A DNA stretch of 64,000 bases, from the NCBI GenBank assembly GCA_963747935.1, contig CAVVGY010000005.1:197620-261619 (forward strand). The letters run 5' to 3'. Position 1 is the stretch's first letter; each line of letters opens with the position of its first letter. The position numbers were made by a program, and so were the translations under genes. Positions 19,433-28,488 of this stretch are shown piece after piece. The notes under the pieces were generated by a model. That model searched no databases. It worked only from the letters and a program-made list of their open reading frames with translations, and was not told the origin of the DNA. The stretch comes from an uncultured Thermoleophilia bacterium. GTDB taxonomy: Bacteria > Actinomycetota > Thermoleophilia > UBA2241.

Positions 19433-20290
19433 ATGACCGTTGCTCCCTCCGACAACCTGACCGGACCCGCCGCGCTGCCTATCGGCATGTTCGACAGCGG
19501 TATGGGCGGCCTCACGGTGCTCCACGAGTGCCTCGTGCAGCTGCCCGGGGAGCACTTCGCCTACGTCGGCGACACCGCGCGGTTCCCCTACGGCGAGAAG
19601 AGCCGTGAGCAGCTGGAGCTGTTCTCGCGGCAGATCACGGCGTTCCTCGAGACGGTGCCCTGCAAGCTCATCGTCGTGGCCTGCTACTCGGCCACGTCGG
19701 CGGCGTTGCCGGCTCTGCAGGAGCAGTTCGAGACACCCATCATCGGCGTGGTCATGCCGGGCGCGCGAGCCGCGGTGGAGACCTCGCGCTACCGCAAGAT
19801 CGGCGTGCTCGCCACGGAGGCCACGGTGGCGAGCGGCGCCTACCCGCGCGCCATCCACAGCCTCGACAGCGGCGCCGAGGTCATCCAGCAGGCGTGCCCC
19901 GGCCTGGTCGACTTCATCGAGGCCGGGGACGTCACCAGCCAGGAGCTGGCCGACGCGGTGCAGGGCTTCACCGAGCCGCTCAAGGCGCAGCGCCCGGACG
20001 TGGTGATCATGGGCTGCACGCACTACCCGCTCATCCAGCCCATGCTGCAGCGGTTCCTGGGGCGCGACGTCACGCTGGTCAACCCGGCGGCCGAGATCGC
20101 CCGGGAGGTCGAGGCCATGCTCCTGCGGCAGGGCATCGAGCGCCCGGGCGACGAGATGGGCTCGTACCGCTTCTACACCACCGGCGACGTCGAGCGGTTC
20201 CGCGACACCGGCGCCCGGTTCCTCCAGATGCCTCTCACGCGCGTCCGCGCACTGCCGCTCGAGCGCCTCGGCGAACTCGTAGTCCCATGA
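19433..20290 (+). CDS. murI: Glutamate racemase
   Basis: IGMFDSGMGGLTV...YVGDTARFPYG...IVVACYSATS...VIMGCTHYPL. Confidence 0.9.
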   Translation: MTVAPSDNLTGPAALPIGMFDSGMGGLTVLHECLVQLPGEHFAYVGDTARFPYGEKSREQLELFSRQITAFLETVPCKLIVVACYSATSAALPALQEQFETPIIGVVMPGARAAVETSRYRKIGVLATEATVASGAYPRAIHSLDSGAEVIQQACPGLVDFIEAGDVTSQELADAVQGFTEPLKAQRPDVVIMGCTHYPLIQPMLQRFLGRDVTLVNPAAEIAREVEAMLLRQGIERPGDEMGSYRFYTTGDVERFRDTGARFLQMPLTRVRALPLERLGELVVP

Positions 20291-20769
20291 GCAGTCGCAC
20301 GCTCGTCCGGGCGGCCGTGTACGCCGCCCTCTACGCCGTGCTCACGCTCGCCCCCGGGCTCAGCGCGCTCGCCTACGGGCCGGTGCAGTTCCGGGTCTCC
20401 GAGACGCTCATGGTCTTCGCCTGCTTCGACCCGGTCGCGGTGGTGGGGCTCACCGTGGGGTGCGCGATCGCCAACCTCGGCAGCCCGATGATGCCGGTGG
20501 ACAGCATCGTCGGGGCGCTGCTGACCCTGGTCGCCGGGCTCATCATGTACCGGATCGGCCCGCGCGTGGTCGCGCTCGCCGCGCCGGTGGTGGTCAACGC
20601 GTTCGGCGTGGCGGCCATGCTCGCGCTCATCCTGGAGCTGCCGTACTGGGCGAGCGCCCTGTGGGTAGGTATCGGGGAGGCGGCGGTGCTGTTCACGCTG
20701 GGCCTCGCCCTGTTCTTCGCGGTGCGACGCCACCGCGAGCTGTTCGGACTGACACGACCGGCCGCCTGA
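20287..20769 (+). CDS. queT: QueT-type queuosine-precursor transporter (ECF S-component-like)
   Basis: ATG 20287 overlaps the murI stop. 160-aa polytopic protein (YAVLTLAPGLSALAYGPVQFRVSETLMVF..). Confidence 0.7.
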   Translation: MSSRTLVRAAVYAALYAVLTLAPGLSALAYGPVQFRVSETLMVFACFDPVAVVGLTVGCAIANLGSPMMPVDSIVGALLTLVAGLIMYRIGPRVVALAAPVVVNAFGVAAMLALILELPYWASALWVGIGEAAVLFTLGLALFFAVRRHRELFGLTRPAA

Positions 20770-20836
20770 GGCCGGGACATCGACACGATCGGCCGCTCGC
20801 GCGGCTGTTGCCGCCGACGGCGGCGAGGAGGAAGAC

Positions 20837-21568
20837 GTGAGAAAAGGACGCAAGCCCGACGAGCTCCGGCCGGTGAGCATCACGCCGGCGGTGGCCAAGT
20901 TCGCGGCCGGCTCGGCGCGCATCGAACTGGGCGACACGCACGTCTTCTGCACCGCGTCGCTCAGCGACGGCGTGCCCGGCTGGCTGCGCGGTTCCGGCCG
21001 CGGCTGGCTCACGGCCGAGTACAGCATGCTGCCGGGTGCGACGCCGTCGCGCACCCAGCGCGAAGCGGTGCGCGGCAAGCAGAGCGGCCGGACCATGGAG
21101 ATCCAGCGCCTGATCGGCCGCAGCCTCCGCGGCGTGGTCGACCTGGGCATCATCGGCGAGCGCACCATCGCCGTGGACTGCGACGTGCTGCAGGCCGACG
21201 GCGGCACCCGCACGGCGAGCGTCACCGGGGCCTACGTCGCCGTCTACCAGGTCGCGCTCAAGATCAAGGACCTCCTCGGCCTGCACGAGGTGCCCCTGTT
21301 CGACTCCATCGCCGCGGTCAGCGCCGGCGTGGTGGACGGCGAGCTGCGTCTTGACCTCGACTACGAGGAGGACTCCTCGGCGGAGGTCGACCTCAACGCG
21401 GTGATCACCGGCGACGGCCGCCTCGTGGAGGTCCAGGCCACCGCCGAGGGCGAGCCCTACTCGCGCGCCTCCCTCGACGGCATGCTCGACCTCGTGGCCG
21501 CAGGCGCCCACTCGCTCGCCGCCGTGCAGACGGCCGCCTGCGCGGAGCTGGAGCGGCCGGCGTCATGA
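20837..21568 (+). CDS. rph: Ribonuclease PH
   Basis: GSARIELGDTHVFCTAS...GWLTAEYSMLPGAT..R....GRTMEIQRLIGRSLR...DCDVLQADGGTRTA. Confidence 0.95.
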   Translation: MRKGRKPDELRPVSITPAVAKFAAGSARIELGDTHVFCTASLSDGVPGWLRGSGRGWLTAEYSMLPGATPSRTQREAVRGKQSGRTMEIQRLIGRSLRGVVDLGIIGERTIAVDCDVLQADGGTRTASVTGAYVAVYQVALKIKDLLGLHEVPLFDSIAAVSAGVVDGELRLDLDYEEDSSAEVDLNAVITGDGRLVEVQATAEGEPYSRASLDGMLDLVAAGAHSLAAVQTAACAELERPAS

Positions 21569-22233
21569 TCCGATTCGTCCTCGCCACCGGTAACCGGCAC
21601 AAGGCCGTGGAGTTCGGCGCCATCCTGGCGCCGTGCCGCGTGGACGTCATGCCGGACGGCGTGGAGCTGCCGCCCGAGGGCGTCGAGTCGTTCGCCGAGA
21701 ACGCCCTCGGCAAGGCCGAGGGGCTGGCGCGGGCGGTCGAGGCCGACCCCGCGCTGCTGGAGCAGCTCGGCCTCGAGGCGGACGAGCAGGTGCTCTACCT
21801 CGCCGACGACTCCGGCCTCGAGGTCGAGGCGCTGGACTGGGCGCCGGGCGTGACCAGCGCCCGCTACGCGGGCGTGGACGGACCCGGCGCCGACAGGGCC
21901 AACTACGAGCGCCTGCTGGGCGAGCTCGGCGGCCTTGCCGGGCCGCTCGCCCGTCGCGCCCGCTTCGTCTGCTCGGTTGTCGCCGTCGGCCCCGCTATGG
22001 AACACTACGCCGCAACGGGACACTGGTGGGGCTCCATTGCGGACGCACCGCGCGGTGAAGGTGGGTTCGGCTACGACCCCGTCTTCGTCCCGCAAGGGTC
22101 AGACCTGACTGTGGCCGAGTGGCCGCAGGATGCCAAGGACCAGGCCAGCCACCGCGCGCTGGCCGGCAGGGCCCTCGTCGATGTACTGCGACGGGAGGGT
22201 CTGCTGCATGGCAACGAAGGCACACAAGGGTAG
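21565..22233 (+). CDS. rdgB: Non-canonical purine NTP pyrophosphatase (RdgB/HAM1 family)
   Basis: LATGNRHK...ADDSGLEV..L.GAPGV.SARYAG...GFGYDPVF...SHRA. Confidence 0.9.
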   Translation: MIRFVLATGNRHKAVEFGAILAPCRVDVMPDGVELPPEGVESFAENALGKAEGLARAVEADPALLEQLGLEADEQVLYLADDSGLEVEALDWAPGVTSARYAGVDGPGADRANYERLLGELGGLAGPLARRARFVCSVVAVGPAMEHYAATGHWWGSIADAPRGEGGFGYDPVFVPQGSDLTVAEWPQDAKDQASHRALAGRALVDVLRREGLLHGNEGTQG

Positions 22234-23215
22234 TCCGGCCGCTCCGGTCGACCCCCACAACGACCACCGGGCAAAGTCGCGCGCCGCCGCGACCTCGATC
22301 GCGTCCAACGCGATCCTGATCGTGTTCAAGCTCACGGTCGGCATCCTCTCCGGGTCCATCGCCATCATCTCCGAGGCGCTGCACTCCGGGTCGGACCTGG
22401 TGGCGGCGCTCATCGCGTTCTGGTCGGTGCGCCAGGCGGCGCAGCCGCCGGACGAGCGCCACCACTACGGCCACGAGAAGGTCGAGAACCTGAGCGGCGT
22501 CATCGAGGCGCTGCTCATCATCGCCGCCGCCGGCGTGATCATCTTCGAGGGCGTCACCAAGATCATCGACGGCCCCGAGCTCGACCACATCTGGCTGGGC
22601 ATCGGGGTCATGATGGTGTCGGGCGTGGCCAACCTCATCGTCTCCAAGAAGGTGCTGTACCCGGTCGCCAGGCGGACGGAGTCGGCGGCCCTGGAGGCGG
22701 ACGCCGCCCACCTGCTCACCGACGTGTACACGTCGTTCGGCGTGGCCTTCGGCCTGCTGCTGGTCAAGATCACCGGCTGGCCTTACTTGGACCCCATCGC
22801 CGCCATCGCCGTGGCCGTGCTCATCATCAAGACCGGCTACGAGCTGGTGATGCAGTCCACGCGCGTGCTGCTCGACGAGACGCTGCCCGACGACGAGCTC
22901 GAGGAGATCCGCCGCTGCGTGCGCGAGCACCGCGGCGACATCATCAGCGGCTACCACAAGTTGCGCGCGCGCCGGGCCGGCAGCCGGCGGCACGTCGACC
23001 TGCACGTGCTCGTGGACGAGAACCTGACGATCACGCAGGCGCACGACATCGCCGAGCACATCGAGGACGACATCCGCGCCTGCATCCCCAACACGGACGT
23101 GCTCGTCCACGTCGAGCCTCGCACGCACAAGGCGGAGGGCGAAGCGGGCGCCACGCCGCGCCGCGACGAGAGTGAGCCCGCCCCGCCCGGCGACGCCGGC
23201 GAGGCGGCCGGCTAG
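22208..23215 (+). CDS. Cation diffusion facilitator family transporter
   Basis: ATG 22208. SEALHSGSDL, HYGHEKVE, AAHLLTDV, C-terminal cytoplasmic domain. Stop is TAG 23213-23215. Confidence 0.85.
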   Translation: MATKAHKGSPAAPVDPHNDHRAKSRAAATSIASNAILIVFKLTVGILSGSIAIISEALHSGSDLVAALIAFWSVRQAAQPPDERHHYGHEKVENLSGVIEALLIIAAAGVIIFEGVTKIIDGPELDHIWLGIGVMMVSGVANLIVSKKVLYPVARRTESAALEADAAHLLTDVYTSFGVAFGLLLVKITGWPYLDPIAAIAVAVLIIKTGYELVMQSTRVLLDETLPDDELEEIRRCVREHRGDIISGYHKLRARRAGSRRHVDLHVLVDENLTITQAHDIAEHIEDDIRACIPNTDVLVHVEPRTHKAEGEAGATPRRDESEPAPPGDAGEAAG

Positions 23216-24483
23216 AAGATGAACGGTGACGCGACCAGCGTCACCGAGAGCCCGATCAGCGCGATCGAGAACGCCCAGGCGACGGTGTTGTAGACGCGGC
23301 CGTTCACGTGCTCGCCCATCACCCGCGGGTCGTTGATGATCTTGAGCACGTAGATGAGGATGATCGGCAGCAGGATGCCGTTCACGTCCTGGCTCAGGAG
23401 CATCACCTTGACCAGTGGCAGGCCGGGGATGATGGCGACGAGCGCCGGCACGACGATGAACGCCGTCAGGATGCCGTTGAACGCAGGCGCCTCGTCGAAC
23501 TTCTTGTCCAGGCCGCTCTCGAGGCCGAACGCCTCGCAGATCGCGTAGGCGGTGGTCAGCGGCAGGATCGCCGCGCCGAGGATCGAGACGTTGAGCAGGC
23601 CGAACCCGAAGATCCATTCGGCGGCCCGCCCGGCGACGGGCTCGAGGGCGCGGGCCGCCTCCTGCGCGGTCTGGACCACGATGCCCGACTTCCAGAGCGT
23701 GGCGGCGCAGGCCACCACGATGAAGAAGTCGATGGCGTCGGTGAAGATCGCGCCCACCACGACCTCGATCCGCGTGGTCACGTACTGCCGGATCGAGATG
23801 CGCTTGTCCACGATGTACGCCTGGATGAAGAACTGACCCCAGGGCGTGATGGTGGTGCCGATGGCGGCCACGACGGTGAGCAGCCAGAGGCTTCCGGCAT
23901 GGACCTGCGGGCGCACCGAGCCGTGGAGCGCCGCCCCCCAGTCGGGGCGGGCGAGAAAGCCCGCCACGATGTAGGCGGCGTAGACGGCCGTCAGGAGCAG
24001 GAACACACGCTCGACCTTGCGGAAGCTCGCGCGTGTCACCAGGAGCCACACCCCCGCGGCCACCGGCGGCACGCTCAGCCAGGCCGGCACGCCGGCAAGG
24101 CTGAACGCCGCCGCCACGCCGCTGAACTCGGCCACCGTGGTGCCGAAGTTGGCGACCAGGAGGGCGAGCATGGCGAACGCCGTCACCCTCAGGCTGAACT
24201 TCTCGCGGATGAGCGCCGCCAGGCCTTTGCCGGTCACGGCGCCCATGCGCGCGCCCATCTCCTGGGTGACCGCGAGGATGGGCGTGATGAGCACCAGCAG
24301 CCACAGCAGGCTGTAGCCCCAGCGCGAGCCGATGACCGACCAGGTGGTGATGCCGCCGGCGTCGTTGTCGGACGCGGCGGCGATGAGCCCGGGGCCGACC
24401 ACGGCGAGCACCACCATCAGCCGCGTGCGGCCGACGCGGCCGGCGAGCCGTGTTCCTAGGCGCCGACGGCCTCCGCGGGCCAT
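23212..24483 (-). CDS. NRAMP-related transporter, non-canonical metal site (NRMT-like), copy 2 of tandem pair
   Basis: 423 aa, 11-12 TM helices. TM1 has GPGLIAAASDNDAGG instead of DPGN. TM6 has GTTITPWGQFF instead of the Met-Pro-His motif. Confidence 0.85.
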   Translation of the reverse strand: MARGGRRRLGTRLAGRVGRTRLMVVLAVVGPGLIAAASDNDAGGITTWSVIGSRWGYSLLWLLVLITPILAVTQEMGARMGAVTGKGLAALIREKFSLRVTAFAMLALLVANFGTTVAEFSGVAAAFSLAGVPAWLSVPPVAAGVWLLVTRASFRKVERVFLLLTAVYAAYIVAGFLARPDWGAALHGSVRPQVHAGSLWLLTVVAAIGTTITPWGQFFIQAYIVDKRISIRQYVTTRIEVVVGAIFTDAIDFFIVVACAATLWKSGIVVQTAQEAARALEPVAGRAAEWIFGFGLLNVSILGAAILPLTTAYAICEAFGLESGLDKKFDEAPAFNGILTAFIVVPALVAIIPGLPLVKVMLLSQDVNGILLPIILIYVLKIINDPRVMGEHVNGRVYNTVAWAFSIALIGLSVTLVASPFIF

Positions 24484-24502
24484 CTGTGCCGCCTCCCGCG
24501 CA

Positions 24503-25774
24503 TCACGTGAACAGTGGCGAGAGGAGCAGGATGGCGCTCATGCCGATGAGTGCGACGGTGAATGTCCAGGCGATCACATTCCGGACCTTCCCGTTCGTGT
24601 GCTCGCCCATCACCCGGGAGTCGTTGATCATGAGCAGCGTGAAGATGAGGATCACCGGCAGCAGGACGCCGTTGAGCGACTGGGCGACGAGGATCACGTT
24701 CACCAGCGGCAGGCCGGGGATGATGGCGACAGCCGCCGGCACGAACATCAGGAACGTGATGATGCCGTTGAACACCGGGGCGTCGCGGAACGAGTTGTCC
24801 AGGCCGCTCTCGAAGCCGAAGGCCTCGCAGACCACGTAGGCGGTGGCCAGCGGCAGCACGCCGGCGGCGAGGATCGAGACGCTGAGCAGTCCGATGGCGA
24901 AGAGGTACTGGGCGGCGGCGCCGAGAAACGGCACGAGGGCCATCGCCGCCTCCTCTGCCGACTGCACCACGATGCCGTCGTCGTAGAGCGTGGCGGCGCA
25001 GGCGAGCACGATGAAGAAGTCGATCGTCGTCATGAACACTGACCCGGCGTAGATCTCGTACTTGGTGTACTTGAACTGCGCCCACGGCACCTTCTTGTCC
25101 ACCACGGCCGCCTGGATGAAGAACTGACCCCAGGGCGTGAGCGTGGTGCCGATGGCGGCGATCACGGTGAAGATCCACAGGCTGTCCCACTGGACGTACG
25201 GGTGCGTGGCCCCGTGGAGCGCGGCGCTCCAGTCGGGGCCGGCCAGGATGCCGCTGGCCACGTAAGTGAGCAGCACGAACCCGAGTACGAGGAGGACGCG
25301 CTCCACCTTGCGGTACGAGCCGCGCGTGACGAGCAGCCAGATGCCCAGGGCCACCACGGGCACCGCGATGTAGGGCGGCACGTGGAAGAGGCTGCTGGCG
25401 GCGGCGACGCCCGAGAACTCCGCCACGGTGGTGCCGAAGTTCGCGAGTACCGTGGCGAGGATCGCGAGGGCGGTGATCTTGAGGCTGAAGTTCTCGCGGA
25501 TGAGCCCGGCCAGCCCGCGTCCCGTGACCACGCCGACGCGGGCGTTCATCTCCTGCACGATCGCGAGGATGGGTGTGATCAGCACCAGCAGCCAGATCAT
25601 GCTGTAGCCGTAGCGCGAGCCGATCACCGACCACGTGGTGATGCCGCCGGCGTCGTTGCCGGCGTTGGCGGCGATGAACCCCGGCCCCACCATCGCGAGG
25701 ATGACGAGCAGCCGGGTGCGGCCGACGCGGCCGGCCAGCCGGAGGCCGCCTACACGGCGGGGAGTCTGCGCCAT
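24503..25774 (-). CDS. NRAMP-related transporter, non-canonical metal site (NRMT-like), copy 1 of tandem pair
   Basis: 423 aa. Clear paralog of 23212-24483 (GPGFIAANAGNDAGG; GTTLTPWGQFF). Confidence 0.85.
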   Translation of the reverse strand: MAQTPRRVGGLRLAGRVGRTRLLVILAMVGPGFIAANAGNDAGGITTWSVIGSRYGYSMIWLLVLITPILAIVQEMNARVGVVTGRGLAGLIRENFSLKITALAILATVLANFGTTVAEFSGVAAASSLFHVPPYIAVPVVALGIWLLVTRGSYRKVERVLLVLGFVLLTYVASGILAGPDWSAALHGATHPYVQWDSLWIFTVIAAIGTTLTPWGQFFIQAAVVDKKVPWAQFKYTKYEIYAGSVFMTTIDFFIVLACAATLYDDGIVVQSAEEAAMALVPFLGAAAQYLFAIGLLSVSILAAGVLPLATAYVVCEAFGFESGLDNSFRDAPVFNGIITFLMFVPAAVAIIPGLPLVNVILVAQSLNGVLLPVILIFTLLMINDSRVMGEHTNGKVRNVIAWTFTVALIGMSAILLLSPLFT

Positions 25775-25787
25775 CGTCGAGGCCTCC

Positions 25788-27071
25788 TCAATGGAAGATC
25801 CTCGGCAGGCGCTTCTTCCACGCGAGCGGAAGCACCAGGTCGATGGCGTCGTCGATGGTGATGATGCCGTGCAGTTCGCCGTCCGCGTCCACGACGGGGA
25901 GGGCGAGCAGGTTGTACTTGGCGATCACCTCGGTGATCTCTTCTTCGCTGGCCTCGGGGCGCACGGAGACGGGGTTCTCCGTCATGAACTCGCGCACCTT
26001 GCGGTCCGGCGCGCTCATGACCAGCTCGCGCAGAGAGAAGACGCCGCGGAGGTGCTCTGAGCGGTCCACCACGTAGATGTAGTAGACCGTCTCGGCCTCT
26101 TCTTCCTGCGTGCGCAGCCGCTCGATCGCCTTGTAGGCGGTGTCGTCGAGGCGCGCCCACGCGTAGTTCGGGGTCATGATGCCGCCGGCGGAGTGCTCCG
26201 GGTAGCTGAGCAGCTCGCGCATGTCCTCGGCGTCGTCCTTCTCCATCATCGCGATGAAGTGCTGGCGCCGGTCGTCGGGCAGGTCCGCCAGCAGGTCGGC
26301 GGCGTCGTCCGGCGACATCTCGTTGAGGATCTCGCTCGCCTTCTCGTCGGGCAGGTCGAGCAGCAGCGACGCCTGGTACGAGGGGTGCAGCTCCTCGAAC
26401 GTGTCGGCGGCCAGGTCGTCCTCGAGCGCGTCGAACACCGCGGCCCGCTCCTCCGGCGAGAGCTCGTGGACGAGCTCGGCGATGTCGGCGGGGTGGAGCA
26501 GTTCCAGCTTGGTCTGGGGGACGGCGAGGCGCACGGCCGCGTCGTCCGTCTGCTCGATGTCGACGTCCTTCCAGTCGATCAGGTGCGGCTTGGGGTGCTG
26601 GCGCGACTTCGCGAGGCGGTCGCCGACCACGGCGAGGCCCACTCGGCGGAGGATGGCGTTGCTGGAGACGTCCACTGCCGCGACGTGCACGAACGGGCCG
26701 TTGCGCAGCAACTGGATGTCGTTGACGCGGATGACCTTGCGGCCCTCGGTGTCGACGAGCTGCTTGTCCAGGAACGTGGCCGAGAGGTTGAGCTCGTCGG
26801 CCTCGAGCTCACGCTCGACGAGCTCGGAGCCGGGCACGCGCAGCATCAGGCCCGACTCCTCGAAGCTGCTGACTGCGTCCCACGGCGCGTAGAGCACCTT
26901 GCCGCGCCGCTTGACGCCCACCGCGGTCACGCGCGGGTAGGCCTGTCGCGTGCTGACCACCAGGTCGTCGAGCGTACCGGCGGATTTGTTCTCGACGTCC
27001 TTGACCGGGCTGCCCAGCAGCTTGCTCAGGTAGAACACAGGCCTCACCTCCTTCGCGTGACCAACGGTCAC
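25788..27071 (-). CDS. Soluble PRC-barrel + MgtE N-terminal domain + CBS-pair protein (no MgtE membrane domain)
   Basis: LHPADIAELVHEL..., SPDDAADLLADLPDD, then two CBS motifs (IMTPNY..; MTENPVSV..LPVVDADGELHGIITIDD). Ends 14 aa later without TM helices. Confidence 0.85.
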   Translation of the reverse strand: MTVGHAKEVRPVFYLSKLLGSPVKDVENKSAGTLDDLVVSTRQAYPRVTAVGVKRRGKVLYAPWDAVSSFEESGLMLRVPGSELVERELEADELNLSATFLDKQLVDTEGRKVIRVNDIQLLRNGPFVHVAAVDVSSNAILRRVGLAVVGDRLAKSRQHPKPHLIDWKDVDIEQTDDAAVRLAVPQTKLELLHPADIAELVHELSPEERAAVFDALEDDLAADTFEELHPSYQASLLLDLPDEKASEILNEMSPDDAADLLADLPDDRRQHFIAMMEKDDAEDMRELLSYPEHSAGGIMTPNYAWARLDDTAYKAIERLRTQEEEAETVYYIYVVDRSEHLRGVFSLRELVMSAPDRKVREFMTENPVSVRPEASEEEITEVIAKYNLLALPVVDADGELHGIITIDDAIDLVLPLAWKKRLPRIFH

Positions 27072-27080
27072 CGGACATAC

Positions 27081-27103
27081 AAAAGCCTCCCTGCAGGGAG
27101 GCT
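27081..27103 (-). terminator. Expression-platform hairpin of the M-box (terminator / RBS sequestrator)
   Basis: Minus strand reads AGCCTCCCTGCAGGGAGGCTTTTG. The 3' arm contains the GGAGG that lies 14 nt before GTG 27071. Confidence 0.7.
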
Positions 27104-27130
27104 CCGGACGCGCAGAGCGAAGGGGCGATC

Positions 27131-27290
27131 CTCTCTCGTCCCAGCTTTAGCACAACACACCGTAGAGGTCAGGGCCTCAGCCGTTTCGGGCAAAACCTTG
27201 TGCCGGTAGTGCCTGTCCTACGCGTTGGCGTCTCTGGACGTTTCCGCGCAACGGCCTCTATGTGTGCCGGAGCCTCACCTAACGAGGAAC
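27131..27290 (-). promoter_or_regulatory. M-box (ykoK leader) Mg2+ riboswitch aptamer
   Basis: Minus strand reads CGUUAGGUGAGGCUCC ... GUCCAGAGACGCCAACGCGU ... UGUGCUAAAGCUGGGACGAGAG. These match, from memory, the conserved blocks of the B. subtilis mgtE M-box (CGUUAGGUGAGGCUCC / GUCCAAAGACGCUAAUGGGU / AGUGCUAAAGCUCUACGA). Confidence 0.85.
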
Positions 27291-27430
27291 TGCGCCTGGT
27301 TGACGCTCGGTCAACGTACCCCTGCACTCCGGCAGTGTCAAGGCGGACCCCGGTGGTATACTTGGCGCCGCCGAGGGCCGGCGCCGACACGGGCGCCGGC
27401 TTCTGTGCGAAGGCCGATGGGAGGCCCCGC

Positions 27431-28384
27431 GTGATCATCACCGTCACGCCCAACGCCGCGGTCGACAAGACGCTCACCGTCCCCAACTTCCAGACCGGGT
27501 TCCGTCACCGCGCCAGCGAGAGCCTCACGCTCCCGGGCGGCAAGGGAGTCAACATCGCCCGGGCGCTCAAGGCGGTCGGCGAGCCGGTGGTCGTCACGGG
27601 TCTCGTGGGCGGCCGCGCGGGGCAGCAGATCGTCGAGGGCCTGCAGCGCGAGAACATCCTCAACGACTTCGTGCACATCGGCGGCGAGTCCCGTACCTCC
27701 ACCGCCGTCGTCGACCCCACCACCATGACGCAGACCGAGGTGGTCGAGTACGGCCCCGTGGTCAGTGAGGCCGAGACCTCCGCCCTGCTGGACAAGACAG
27801 AGTATCTCGCCAAGGGCGCCCGCTTCGTCATCCTCGCCGGCTCGCTGCCGCGCAAGATGAGCGAGGACTTCTACAGCATTCTGCTGCAGCGCTTGCGCAA
27901 GTACCGCTGCTTCGTCGTGCTCGACAGCGCCGGCGAGCCGCTGCGCCGCGGCGTACGCGGCCGGCCCAACCTCGTGGCTCCCAACCTGCGCGAGGCCGAG
28001 GACCTGGTGGGGCACGAGTTCCACGACGACCAGGACCTGGTCGACGCCACAGGGATCGTCTGCGAGATGGGCGCCCGCAACACCGTGATCAAGACGCAGC
28101 ACGGCTGCGTCGCGCGGTTCCAGGTGGGGCGCAAGCAGCGCGTGTTCCGCGCCTCCGTCGCCCCGCTCGAGACCGTCATCAGCACCGTCGGGTCCGGCGA
28201 CGCGTTCCTCGCCGGGTTCGTCAGCGCCAGGTTCCGCAGGCTCGACCTGCCCGAGTGCCTGCGCCACGGCCTGGCCGCCGGCGCCGCCAACACGCAGCTG
28301 TACGGCGCCGGTGTGCTCGACGCCGCACTCGCCGCGCGGCTCCTCGACTCCACCGAGGTGGAGGAGCTCTCCGCAAAGTCCTGA
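27431..28384 (+). CDS. PfkB-family sugar-phosphate kinase (1-phosphofructokinase/tagatose-6-P kinase type)
   Basis: GTG 27431 after GGGAGG. TVTPNAAVDKT...GGKGVNIARAL...GSGDAFLAGF. Confidence 0.85.
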   Translation: MIITVTPNAAVDKTLTVPNFQTGFRHRASESLTLPGGKGVNIARALKAVGEPVVVTGLVGGRAGQQIVEGLQRENILNDFVHIGGESRTSTAVVDPTTMTQTEVVEYGPVVSEAETSALLDKTEYLAKGARFVILAGSLPRKMSEDFYSILLQRLRKYRCFVVLDSAGEPLRRGVRGRPNLVAPNLREAEDLVGHEFHDDQDLVDATGIVCEMGARNTVIKTQHGCVARFQVGRKQRVFRASVAPLETVISTVGSGDAFLAGFVSARFRRLDLPECLRHGLAAGAANTQLYGAGVLDAALAARLLDSTEVEELSAKS

Positions 28385-28488
28385 CTCGCCGCCGGGCCGA
28401 CTCATCCGGCCCTCCGCGAGGCCGCGTGTGCTTGCCCGGCGTTCGTAACCCGTTTTCTCGGGACATACTGCATCTCGAAGGGTGAGCC

